In this document: positions 1-9,944 of the stretch, piece by piece
How the letters are laid out: each line of letters starts with the position of its first letter
Numbering within the stretch: the first letter of the stretch is position 1
Origin: Azolla caroliniana
Taxonomy: Eukaryota; Plantae; Polypodiophyta
Length of the DNA: 64,000 bases
NCBI GenBank assembly: GCA_043228905.1
Contig: JBHGNT010000009.1
Coordinates: forward strand, 4,216,001-4,280,000
Reading direction: 5' to 3'
Notes under the pieces: generated by a model
Told to the model about the DNA's origin: nothing
The model's database searches: none
The model's input: only the letters and a program-made list of their open reading frames with translations
Translations under genes and position numbers: made by a program

Positions 1-1563
1 GGCTCCGCCATGTGACTTCGTTTCTACTTGACACACGTCAGTGTGCACCAACTCCAATGGCGCGCTACGTCTCGTCGGTGGCCTTGAGTGGAAGGAGGTT
101 CGGTTCTGCTTACCGGCCAGGCAATCGGTGCACTTCTCCAGGTGCACATGCTTCACTGGAATAAGGTTGTCTTCTGCAAGCCTCTTCATCCCCTTCTCAC
201 TCATGTGGCACAGTCTCTTGTGCCACAGCTCACCGGCAGTGTCGGCTGCCACGTTCAGCTCCTCCGGACATAGCCGGGAATTCATCAGGTACAGTGTGTT
301 GACCTTCCGGGCCCGAGCCACTATCAGGCTGCCTTTGCTGAACTTCATGACACCGTTCCGGATGCTACCCGTGTAGCCTTCATCGTCTAGCCTCCCGGCC
401 GAAATCAGGTTCAATCGAACCTCCGGAACGTGTCGGACATCCTTCAACAGCATCTTGCATCCGGTTGATGTCATCAGCCACACGTCTCCTATGCCGGAAA
501 TCCGGCATGTACCTTCATTTCCCATCCGGACACAGCCGTGCTCACCGGCTGTGTAGGATGAGAAGTATTTCTTCTCCGGGGTCAGGTGGAACGACGGTCC
601 GGAATCGACCACCCAGGTCATCTCTTCACCGGCAAGGTTCAGCTCCCTCTCTTCGGTAATGAGCATTATCTCTTCTTCACTTGCCGCGAGTGCCGTCGTT
701 CCTTTCCGGTCCTGCCCTCGCCGATCCGGACCTCTCCGGTCCGTGGCTCCCCGGTATGCACCGTTTCGCTCCGGTGACTTCTTCGAATCGGTACCGTCGG
801 TTCCGTTGTCTTTCCGGAAATGCCGACAGTTCTTCTGGAAGTGCCCCGGCTTCCCACAGTAGAAGCATGTAGGTCTTCCCCTCGACTGCGACCGTGTCCC
901 CGACTTCTCCCGTCTTTGCGGACTCCGGTTCCGTTGTCTTCCCCGTTCCGATTCGGTAAGCAGCGCCTTCGAGTCGGAGACCGGTTCTTTATCTCTCCGA
1001 CGCGCTTCTTCATTTAGAATACTTGTCTTTACCGTTAGTAAAGACAAGTTCTCTTCCTTACAGGAGGTGCTGAGAGTAACTACCAAGTTCTCCCAGCTCT
1101 CCGGAAGGGTACACATCAGCATGATGGCTTGCATTGCGTCATCCAACGGGAACTTGATCGCCGCAAGCTGGTTCACGAATCCCATGAATGTGCTGACGTG
1201 TGCGACCATGCTCTCGCCGTCCCGGTACTTAAGATTCACTATCTTCCTCATCAGGGAGGTCCGGGTCAGAGCATTCTTCCTCTCATAAAGTCCGGACAGC
1301 TTTTGCCACATCTCATAGGCGTTCGTATCGTTCGCCACATGTTGCAGGACACTTACATCGACATATTGCCGGATCGTCGCTACGGATTTCCGGTTCAGGA
1401 GCTTCCACTCCGACTCTATTACCCCCTTGGGTATCTCGGCATTGTCGATCGGTTCGTACAGGTCTCGGACGATGAGAAGGTCTTCCATCTTTATCTTCCA
1501 GTCGGCGTAGTTCTGTGAGTTCAACACCATCATGCCCGGAGGCCCACTACCGCCGCCTTCCAT
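1..1563 (-). CDS. gag-pol: C1 copia gag-pol polyprotein, N-terminal part (Gag, CCHC zinc knuckle, protease, start of integrase); runs off the window edge
   Basis: ATG at 1563 (MEGGGSGPPGMMVLNSQNY...), CFYCGKPGHFQKNC knuckle, WVVDSG protease motif, WHKRLCH integrase zinc finger; collinear with the ORF starting at 57609. Confidence 0.9.
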   Translation of the reverse strand, partial: MEGGGSGPPGMMVLNSQNYADWKIKMEDLLIVRDLYEPIDNAEIPKGVIESEWKLLNRKSVATIRQYVDVSVLQHVANDTNAYEMWQKLSGLYERKNALTRTSLMRKIVNLKYRDGESMVAHVSTFMGFVNQLAAIKFPLDDAMQAIMLMCTLPESWENLVVTLSTSCKEENLSLLTVKTSILNEEARRRDKEPVSDSKALLTESERGRQRNRSPQRREKSGTRSQSRGRPTCFYCGKPGHFQKNCRHFRKDNGTDGTDSKKSPERNGAYRGATDRRGPDRRGQDRKGTTALAASEEEIMLITEERELNLAGEEMTWVVDSGPSFHLTPEKKYFSSYTAGEHGCVRMGNEGTCRISGIGDVWLMTSTGCKMLLKDVRHVPEVRLNLISAGRLDDEGYTGSIRNGVMKFSKGSLIVARARKVNTLYLMNSRLCPEELNVAADTAGELWHKRLCHMSEKGMKRLAEDNLIPVKHVHLEKCTDCLAGKQNRTSFHSRPPTRRSAPLELVHTDVCQVETKSHGGA

Positions 1564-1579
1564 TTTCTGTGTTAACCTC

Positions 1580-1591
1580 GCTCTGATACCA
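1580..1591 (-). promoter_or_regulatory. Primer binding site of C1 (tRNA-iMet)
   Basis: TGGTATCAGAGC on the minus strand, 3 nt after the LTR end ...TTAACA. Confidence 0.92.
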
Positions 1592-1705
1592 CTTTGTTAA
1601 ACACAGTGCTCGGCCACAACCGAGGAATAGGATCAACTCACAGAAAACAGGAAATACAAAATGCACGAAGACAATAGAGAGAAGAGTACACAGGATGTTT
1701 TACGT

Positions 1706-2497
1706 TGTCGCGAAGAAAACCGTCCATAGGCGGAATCGGCGCACCTAGGCGTGGGAACCGGTTCTTCACGCGCGCAAGCTCCAAGTAGTACATAAAAGCG
1801 AATTAGGAGGATAATCGGCAGGAACGGGCCCTAACACAAGTGGAGACAAACACCGCGCGAACAGTCTTTTCGGTCGCGCGCGCGAGTTAAGGAACTGTAC
1901 GAGTCGGCGGCGTAACTACGCGGATGCGTGAAGAACGGAGCGGATCCCTGTCCAAAAGGGACAGGGAATAAAGCTGACATGACGGCCTGCTCATCGGCCT
2001 ATATAAGGAGCAGGAAAGAGCTGTTGCAGATATCTCGCGCAGAGAGGACGAAGTGCTGTCGGACCGTTTCTGGACGCTTCTCTCTCTGTTTCCTTCCTTC
2101 TTGAGCTCCATAGCTTTCTGTGCAGGGTTCCGAGGAGGCTCGCGCTGTTTCGAGGAATGCCCGAGTGCTTCCGGCAGCACCTCCGACCTGCTACCCCGTT
2201 TGTGCGTCGAAGCGAACAGGCATCGGCATCTGTTCGCCGGCCTGTTCGGTTGTAACCAACCTGTGCCCCATCGAGGGTTGTAGTCGTGTTAGCCATTTTG
2301 TTAATACACATATTTAGTCATTCGCATCTGTCTGTGTCGGTGTCTGTTCGCGTTCTCCGTGCTGAAGGGCCGTGTCCCCGTGTATCCCCGGTCCTGCGTA
2401 GCCGGTACTCTCTCTTTCTCCTCCCTCGCTTGCTCTTTGGTTCGAGACCCCCGCGGTCCCGCCTCGATTCCACACGCACTTGCATAATATCTCGACA
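1706..2497 (+). repeat. E1 5' LTR
   Basis: Direct repeat of 8219-9010; TG...CA termini; TATATAAG box near 2000. Confidence 0.97.
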
Positions 2498-2501
2498 TCT
2501 T

Positions 2502-2519
2502 TGGTGAACCTGACGTGAA
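2502..2519 (+). promoter_or_regulatory. E1 primer binding site, tRNA-Trp (one mismatch)
   Basis: TGGTGAACCTGACGTGAA. Sister copies read TGGTGAACCCGACGTGAA, the complement of the plant tRNA-Trp 3' end as I recall it (...TTCACGTCGGGTTCACCA). Confidence 0.85.
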
Positions 2520-2541
2520 AGAGGCGGCAGAAGAGCAGAAG

Positions 2542-4668
2542 ATGAGGGGGTCGGATCTCGCAGAGGCCATGGCTTCGGCCGTGGATCGGATTGTAAACGC
2601 GCGCGAGATCACCGGTGCCCTCGACAGAGCTATTGAGGCGGTCGTCGGCACGATCGGCCGGTTCGATGGGAAGGATGCCACGAAGTATTTGGCGTCCTAC
2701 GGTGCAGAGATGCTGATGCGGGACATTCCGGAAGAAAGGCGTCTTGCCGGATTTCCCCGAGTGGCGATGCCGAGCATCCATGCGGAGGTGCTCGAGGTGC
2801 GGACGGAGAGCCGTACCTGGGAGGAGTTCGAAGGTCGGCTCCTAGAGAAATACGGGCTGGACGACGCGCTCCGGCTTTCGAAGCGAAGGTTCATGGAATG
2901 GGTGGAGTCCCCGGGGAAGGGAAGAAACGCGTCGGCGCTCCTCCGGGAGTTCGAGGAAAACTTTGCGCGCCTTTCGGCGCTCGACCGAACCATCCTGGAC
3001 ACGAGCCGGGTCTTGCTGTTTGTCAAGTCGGTCGACGAACGGGATCGGGAGCACGTGGGCCTCTTGCTGGAAACCGAAGACGGGCTCACTACCGACTGGG
3101 CGGCTGTCAGGAAGGTCTGTGGCCGTTTCGACAAACGGCGAGAATGGGCGGATAACGGTGCAACCGGGTCGGGCTCGGTCGCAGCAAGGAAGCTCGAACC
3201 AGCGCCACAGGTGCGAAAGGAAGAGACCCGAGAGTGGTTGGATACCGGTTCGGCTTCGACCGGCGTAGTCAGAGGCTCAACCGGAGGAGCGGCGCTGGAG
3301 GAATTGACGAAGGCGATAAAGGACCTCCAAATCGCGCAGGCCCGAAGGGAAGGAGGCGAACCGGCTCGTGACCGACGGCCGGCGGCAGGAAACAGGTGCA
3401 TGTGGTGCGATGAAGTCGGCCACATTCGGAAGGACTGCGGCGACTTCGCGGAGGCGCTGAGGAACGGGGTGGTGTACCTGTGGGAAGGACGGGTGCATGC
3501 CAGCGACACCCGAAGGGCCCTGAGCCGAAACGACGGAAAAGGTGGTATGAAAAGGTTGATGGAAGAGGCGGCGGCCCGACACGCGGAAACCGTTCACTAC
3601 TCGGCGTCGGCCGGCATTCGAGTCGGGGGCGGCGAGGCCCGAAGGGAAAGCAAAGCCGGGTTCTGGCCGACGATGCTGGAAGGCCTTGCCGGTGCAAGGC
3701 TAAAAGGGGAGGAATCGGACCGTGCGGAGAAACGGGTACGGGAGATGACCGGGTGGAGCGACCCGGTCGAGGAAAGGACGGGCTTCGTGGAAGCCGCTTG
3801 CCAGAACTACGAGGCTCTGGTGGAAGAGAAGCAGGTGGGGAGACCCGGGACGACCGGGCCCTCACAACGATACGAGACCCGGTCCGGGCCACGACGGGAC
3901 GAAGCCGGCGGGGCCGGTACGCAAGATAAACCCCAGAAGGGCGGGTACCGTCTGGGGACGGAGATAGAAAGGACCACGGACTTACGAAAGGTCCTGGAGG
4001 AACGGATCCTCGACAGCAAGGTGGAGCTGTCGTTACGAGAGGTGCTGGGAACTGCCAAGAAGGAGTTCCACGACTCCATCGTGGACTTGGTGAAACGGAA
4101 GAGGCTGTCGACGGAGACAGAACCGGAAAGACCGGTGGAAGTGCGGACGACGCACCTAGACGACATGGCGCTGGGAGACGAGTGGGCGGAAAGCCACTAT
4201 TCGAGACCACACTGGGCCCGAGCGACCACGGAAACCCCGGTGAAGATCGGCGATGTCCAGGAACCGGTGATAGCTTTGGTGGACCACGGATCGGAGATCA
4301 ATTTGATGTCCATGGACTTCTATAAGAAGGGCAAATGGCCGATCAACACCAAGCACGGGTGGAAAATAAGGGCAGCAACGCGCGCCACCGAGGAACTGCA
4401 CGGGGCCTGTCCGAATGTGCGAGTCAAGATCGGCGACGTCGAGATTGACCAGCACTTCTTCGTGCAGGAGACGTCTTCGCATCCGGTCATTCTGGGAGAG
4501 CCGTACATCACGGCGGCGCGAATGGAGACCAAAGTGCTGGACAATGGTTCGGCCTACGCAAGGGTCAAAAGCCAAGACGGGCGCCATTCGGTCCAGTTTC
4601 TGACGGTACGGCCGAACCACGAACGTAACCGCGATTCCCTCGGTTCCGAAAACCGAGAGGATTTTTAG
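2542..4668 (+). CDS. gag: E1 ORF1: Gag, CCHC zinc knuckle and aspartic protease
   Basis: Open frame from the first ATG at 2542. CMWCDEVGHIRKDC knuckle, ALVDHGSEINLM protease active-site motif, VILGEPY protease C-terminal motif. Confidence 0.92.
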   Translation: MRGSDLAEAMASAVDRIVNAREITGALDRAIEAVVGTIGRFDGKDATKYLASYGAEMLMRDIPEERRLAGFPRVAMPSIHAEVLEVRTESRTWEEFEGRLLEKYGLDDALRLSKRRFMEWVESPGKGRNASALLREFEENFARLSALDRTILDTSRVLLFVKSVDERDREHVGLLLETEDGLTTDWAAVRKVCGRFDKRREWADNGATGSGSVAARKLEPAPQVRKEETREWLDTGSASTGVVRGSTGGAALEELTKAIKDLQIAQARREGGEPARDRRPAAGNRCMWCDEVGHIRKDCGDFAEALRNGVVYLWEGRVHASDTRRALSRNDGKGGMKRLMEEAAARHAETVHYSASAGIRVGGGEARRESKAGFWPTMLEGLAGARLKGEESDRAEKRVREMTGWSDPVEERTGFVEAACQNYEALVEEKQVGRPGTTGPSQRYETRSGPRRDEAGGAGTQDKPQKGGYRLGTEIERTTDLRKVLEERILDSKVELSLREVLGTAKKEFHDSIVDLVKRKRLSTETEPERPVEVRTTHLDDMALGDEWAESHYSRPHWARATTETPVKIGDVQEPVIALVDHGSEINLMSMDFYKKGKWPINTKHGWKIRAATRATEELHGACPNVRVKIGDVEIDQHFFVQETSSHPVILGEPYITAARMETKVLDNGSAYARVKSQDGRHSVQFLTVRPNHERNRDSLGSENREDF

Positions 4669-4724
4669 AGAGGACTGCCAAGGCGTGGGGCCGCGACAGT
4701 CCGGATGCTCTGGGAAACCCCCAC
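4659..4724 (+). promoter_or_regulatory. Predicted -1 ribosomal frameshift signal (G GAU UUU, 6-nt spacer, stem/pseudoknot)
   Basis: GGATTTT at 4659-4665 directly precedes the ORF1 stop TAG, and the -1 frame is open into pol. Stem GGACTG (4672-4677) / CAGTCC (4697-4702); loop GTGGGG is complementary to CCCCAC (4719-4724). Confidence 0.8.
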
Positions 4725-7700
4725 ATCTGTACGATAAAACCGTGTACAATAGGTAGGAAATTTTGCTTCTCCGACAGCGGAGCATGTACGATGGTCGGCA
4801 TCACCGGCCGAGAGAAAACAAAGACGGAGGGGAGACTTCGGGCGTGCGGAGTTCTCGGCCCTGACGAAGGAATCAACGGAGCCGTGGAGGCAGTCTCCTT
4901 CGACGACACCTTGGGGATGCTGGGGAAGGTAGTCGAAGAAGACCTTAACGAAGACCGGACGATACCGGTATGTTCCGAAGAAATGTACGAAGTCATCGCG
5001 GACTTCGGTCGAGGGCTCGAGTCGGAACGGACGGCCCGAGTGAGCACCAAGTACAAGACGGTGGACCGGAAGGTGAGGCCAGTTGCGGCGCCCTTACCGG
5101 AGGGCAGCGAATCCCGAATCAAAGGGGTTGCATCGGACCCCAGCTTACGAGATCCGGCCTGCATAGGACACACCTTCACCAACGAGACGCTCCGCGAGCT
5201 GAAGATCGGTGGGGGCGGGTTCCTACTGCCGATGGAGGAAGACCGGTTTCGGAGAATGCTCGGAAGGCACGGGAAAGCCTTCGCATTCTCACCGGAGGAA
5301 ATCGGGTGCGTAGACCCGACGATCGTAGAGCCCATGGTGATGTTCACGGTACCGCATGTACCGTGGAATCTCAAGCCAATTTCGGTTCCGAGAGCTCACA
5401 TCCCGAAGTTGATGGAGCTGTTGAAGCAGAAAGTTGATATGGGCATTCTCGAGCCGTCGAGCGCCCCGTATTCAAACCGCTGGTTTACCGTGCCAAAGAA
5501 AAACGGATCATTGCGCTTCATTCAGGACCTGCAGCCGGTCAATAGAGTGACCATTCGGAATGCAGGGATCGGACCGACCATAGACGAGTTCGCGGAGGCC
5601 TTCGCCGGAAGGTCGATTTACTCGGTCGGTGATCTATACTCAGGGTATGACCAGTTCCAGCTAGCCGTGGAGAGCAGAGACATCACGACGATGCGAACTC
5701 CCCTCGGCCTCGTGCGGATGTGTACGCTGCCGCAAGGAGGGACCAACTCGGTGGCCCACATGGTGAATGCAATGAACAAGGTGCTGAGGGACTGCATCCC
5801 GGACATCACCATGCCGTTTCTAGACGACATCCCGATCAAGGGATGCCCGGTAGAAGAGAGGGACGAGACGATCGGGCCGGACGGATGCCGGCGATTCGTG
5901 GTAATGCACATCGACGACTGCGAGAAGGTGCTGCAAAGGCTAGAGGATGCGAGGCTCACCTTCTCGGGGGAGAAATCAGCCTTCGGGCAGTCGGAAATCA
6001 TGGTGGTCGGACACTTATGTGGGCCATATGGCCGGAAACCGTCTCCGGCAAAGGTAGAAGCCATCTCCGCGATGAAGCCCGTCTGCGGCTCGGTCACGGA
6101 AGTACGAAGATTCCTGGGGGCATGCGCATTCTACCACATATGGATCCCGCATTACGCCCACGTTGCGGAGCCGCTATACGGACTATTGAGGAAAGGGCGA
6201 AGATTCGAATGGCTAGACGAGCACACGGAGTCGGTCCGGAAGCTGAAGGAGGCTCTTTCGGCAGCACCGGCGCTCCGGAAGGCCGTCTACAGGAAGGGCA
6301 CCCCAGTGTACATAACGGTTGACACGAGTCCGACCGGAATCGGGTGGGTCGTCAACCAAGAAGACGAGGACGGCAATCGGTTTCCGATCCGATTCGGCGC
6401 GACGGTCCTCAGCGAACGGCAGCGAGGATACGCCCAGGTTAAACGCGAACTCTGGGGCATCGTTTCGGCGGTAAAGGCCGACAAGGACTATCTGATCGGG
6501 ACAGAGGTAATCATAGAGACGGACTGCATGCCGATTCTCGGCATGGTTTCCGGATGCGCGACGCCGGACCTGGCAATGCTCAGGTGGATAGCGTACATCA
6601 AGTCCCTGGACCCGGAAATACGACACATTTCCGGGAAAGACAACGCCATGGCCGACATGCTTTCAAGGGCGAGATTCGATGACGAGGGCGGCATGGTTTC
6701 GGAGGACGAAGAGGTCGGCGTGGACTTCTTCGAGACTGCGTATGTAACAACCGACGGAACAAGCACTCCGGCGCTTAACGACTTCGACGCGAGCAAGTAC
6801 GACGGGGAGTGGCTGCAGATCGGTGGGTTTTTGAAGACAATGACGCCCGATGCGTCGTGGACGAAGGACGAGGCCAACCGGATCCGGAAGAAAGCGTACC
6901 GGTTCTTTCTCCGGGACGGCTACCTATGGAAGCACCCGAAGAAGAGGGACGGCGCTCCGCTCCGGGTGGTGGCGATGAAGGAAGAACAGGAGGAGCTGCT
7001 GACGGCCTACCACGACAGCCCTTGGGCTGGACACCGTGGGACGTGGGCTACGTTTGAGAAACTGAAGGGGAAGTATTGGTGGTCGGGGCAGTACCGGGAC
7101 GTGCATCGGTTCGTGACAACTTGCGAGAGCTGTCAGATGCACTCCATAGTCCGACACCGGGACGAGCTTCACCCTACGTACCCTCCGACCATCCATTTCA
7201 AATGGATGGTAGATCTGGTGACGATGCCAATGGGGGTAGGACAGATGCGGTACCTGGTCCTAGCACGGGAGGATCTGACGAACCAGGTGGAAGGCTGAGC
7301 CCTCCTGAACAAAACGACCGCGGCCGTATGTCGATTCCTAATCGAGGACGTGATATGCCGGTACGGGTGCGTCGGGAAGATCGTGGCTGATCGAGGGGAG
7401 TTGGACACCGAAGAAGCCGCGGAGCTGTTCGACCGGCTCGGAGTTAAGCTCTCGCTCACCACTGCGTACAATCCGGAGGCGAATGGGAAGGTGGAGCGCG
7501 GACACGGGCCGATCGTCAAGGCGTTGGTTCGGGCATGCGGAGGCCAAGTCGGTAACTGGCCGCGACTGCTACCTTATGCTTTGTGGGCAGACCGGACCAC
7601 GCACAGTTCGGTAACCGGGTACATGCCGACGGAGCTCATGTTCGGCCAGAAGCCGATCATGCCGATGGAACGGACGATCTCCTCATGGGCAACGGTCGAT

Positions 7701-8147
7701 TGGAGGGACGAGATGAGCCGGGAGGAGTTGTTGGCCGCGCGTATACGACAACTCGAGCGGAGACCGGAGGACGTGGAACTGGCTACGGAGAGGCTCCGGG
7801 TGGCGAGGGCAAAGAACAAAGCCAGGTTCGACCGAACGCACCGGCTCCGACCGAAGAAGATCGAAGAAGGTGACTGGGTGCTCGTCTACGACAGCAGTCT
7901 CGACAACCAGCACCGAGCTACAAGGAAGTTCGCACGTAGGTGGTTCGGGCCTTATGTGGTACGGAGCGCCAATGACAACGGGACATATCACCTGGCGGAA
8001 CTTGACGGCACGAGAGTGGCGATACCGGTTGCAGGGAAGCGGATCAAAGCGTTCAAGAAGCGACATGACGACGAGCCGGACCCGGCTCTCCTAGTCAGCA
8101 GTGACGGACGATCCGGAAACGAGGAAGAACCGACGGGCGAGGAATGA
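4659..8147 (+). pseudogene. pol: E1 ORF2 pol (RT-RNaseH-integrase) with one premature stop in the integrase
   Basis: LPQGGTNS and PFLDD RT motifs, TVDTSPTGIG RNase H, H-H-C-C and D,D,E integrase, WFGPY. In-frame TGA at 7296-7298 where E2 has CGG; ORFs 4791-7298 and 7350-8147 are in the same frame. Confidence 0.93.
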
Positions 8148-8218
8148 AGACGGGCCGGTTTTCTCCGTCCCAACTCTCTTGGCGCATACCGGAGGATGCG
8201 CGGTTAGGTGGGGGCGGA

Positions 8219-9010
8219 TGTCGCGAAGAAAACCGTCCATAGGCGGAATCGGCGCACCTAGGCGTGGGAACCGGTTCTTCACGCGCGCAAGCTCCAAGTA
8301 GTACATAAAAGCGAATTAGGAGGATAATCGGCAGGAACGGGCCCTAACACAAGTGGAGACAAACACCGCGCGAACAGTCTTTTCGGTCGCGCGCGCGAGT
8401 TAAGGAACTGTACGAGTCGGCGGCGTAACTACGCGGATGCGTGAAGAACGGAGCGGATCCCTGTCCAAAAGGGACAGGGAATAAAGCTGACATGACGGCC
8501 TGCTCATCGGCCTATATAAGGAGCAGGAAAGAGCTGTTGCAGATATCTCGCGCAGAGAGGACGAAGTGCTGTCGGACCGTTTCTGGACGCTTCTCTCTCT
8601 GTTTCCTTCCTTCTTGAGCTCCATAGCTTTCTGTGCAGGGTTCCGAGGAGGCTCGCGCTGTTTCGAGGAACGCCCGAGTGCTTCCGGCAGCACCTCCGAC
8701 CTGCTACCCCGTTTGTGCGTCGAAGCGAACAGGCATCGGCATCTGTTCGCCGGCCTGTTCGGTTGTAACCAACCTGTGCCCCATCGAGGGTTGTAGTCGT
8801 GTTAGCCATTTTGTTAATACACATATTTAGTCATTCGCATCTGTCTGTGTCGGTGTCTGTTCGCGTTCTCCGTGCTGAAGGGCCGTGTCCCCGTGTATCC
8901 CCGGTCCTGCGTAGCCGGTACTCTCTCTTTCTCCTCCCTCGCTTGCTCTTTGGTTCGAGACCCCCGCGGTCCCGCCTCGATTCCACACGCACTTGCATAA
9001 TATCTCGACA
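8219..9010 (+). repeat. E1 3' LTR
   Basis: Direct repeat of 1706-2497, preceded by the PPT. Confidence 0.97.
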
Positions 9011-9364
9011 ACGTGGAAAACCCTAAATGGGAAAAACCACGGGAGTCCTCAAACTCCAACTATCACTATAAACAGAGATGTACAATGGTGAAGCTACAAG
9101 GCAACAACCTTGAGCTCACTGTCTTCGCCACAGGCGGCGGTAATACACAGAGGCAACGACCTCTTCGTCTCTCTCTCTCTCTCTCTCTCGGCTGCTCTCT
9201 TCACTCCCTCTAAGTGGAAAACAGAAAAATGAGCAACACTTACAAAACTGTTTGCCCTAAGTCATATTTATACACATATGACTTTCGGGCTATTTACAAA
9301 TATAGCTTCAAGGGCCCTTGGCAAACATATTCACAAATATGTCCCCGCATCCGGATCTCTCTCC

Positions 9365-9505
9365 GGGTACATTCGTCATCCGGCTCCGTAGCCGGGGTCT
9401 TCATCATCCGGCTCCGTAGCCGGGGTCTTCATCATCCGGATCCGTAGCCGGGTACTCTTCATCCGGCTTCATGCCGGGTACTCTTCATCCTCCGGTTCCG
9501 TAACC
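9365..9505 (-). repeat. Tandem array of ~27-bp units in U3 of the C1 LTR (about 5 units)
   Basis: Repeated TCATCCGGCTCCGTAGCCGGG; same unit as in the C4 LTRs. Confidence 0.85.
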
Positions 9506-9567
9506 GCAACCGGGCTTGCCGTCATTCATCTCCGGACATCCCATCCGGAGGGACCGAAATCCCAACA

Positions 9568-9944
9568 TTCAGGATCTGCTTTTCGGACAGTTTGCAGTTT
9601 GCTGGAAGTGTTGACCCGATCGACTTCTCATTCGTCATGTTGAATCGTTGGAGCACCTTTGTCACGTACTTCTCCTGTGACAACCACAACAACTTCTTCG
9701 TCCGGTCCCGGATTATGTGCATCCCTAGGATCTGTCTCGCCGCACCCATATCTTTCATTGAGAAGGACTGACTTAGGGCCTTCTTCAACATTCCGATTTT
9801 GATACGGTCTCGTCCGACAATAAACATGTCGTCCACATACAACACTAGTATCAGGAAGTTTCCTGCGTCAAACTTCTTCACGAATATGCAGTGGTCGGCA
9901 TGTGTCTTGTGGTATCCTTGATCGGTCATGAAGGTGTCGAACTT
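9568..9944 (-). pseudogene. pol: C0: copia reverse transcriptase fragment, host of the C1 and C3 insertions
   Basis: ORF 9522-9929 contains LVLYVDDM and SMKDMGAARQILGM; cut on both sides by LTR termini. Confidence 0.88.

Larger units (their letters stand above)
1706..9010 (+). mobile_element. E1: full-length non-chromovirus Ty3/gypsy LTR retrotransposon (E family), young
   Basis: 792-bp LTRs at 1706-2497 and 8219-9010 (TGTCG...CGACA; one mismatch seen). 4-bp TSD ACGT at 1702-1705 and 9011-9014. PBS at 2502-2519. PPT AGGTGGGGGCGGA at 8206-8218. Confidence 0.97.
1..9567 (-). mobile_element. C1: Ty1/copia LTR retrotransposon (Tto1/Tork-like), 5' part; its 5' LTR is split by gypsy element E1 and the 3' part lies left of the window
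   Basis: LTR pieces at 1595-1705 and 9015-9567 rejoin to match the intact LTR of C4 (56862-57577). tRNA-iMet PBS at 1591-1580. The gag-pol is nearly identical to that of C4. Confidence 0.93.

Noticed and set aside
1887-2507. Small ORFs within E-family LTRs
   Set aside because: They are not conserved between LTR subtypes and show no domain similarity.
7296-7298. In-frame stops in E1 pol, E3 gag and C4 pol as programmed readthrough
   Set aside because: The positions are sense codons in sister copies and differ between elements, so they are simple point mutations.
2697-8066. Many long antisense and alternate-frame ORFs over E-family gag/pol (e.g. 270 aa at 2697-3509, 269 aa at 4565-5374), repeated in each copy
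   Set aside because: These are shadow ORFs expected in GC-rich coding DNA. They recur only because the copies are near-identical, and they have no recognisable motifs.
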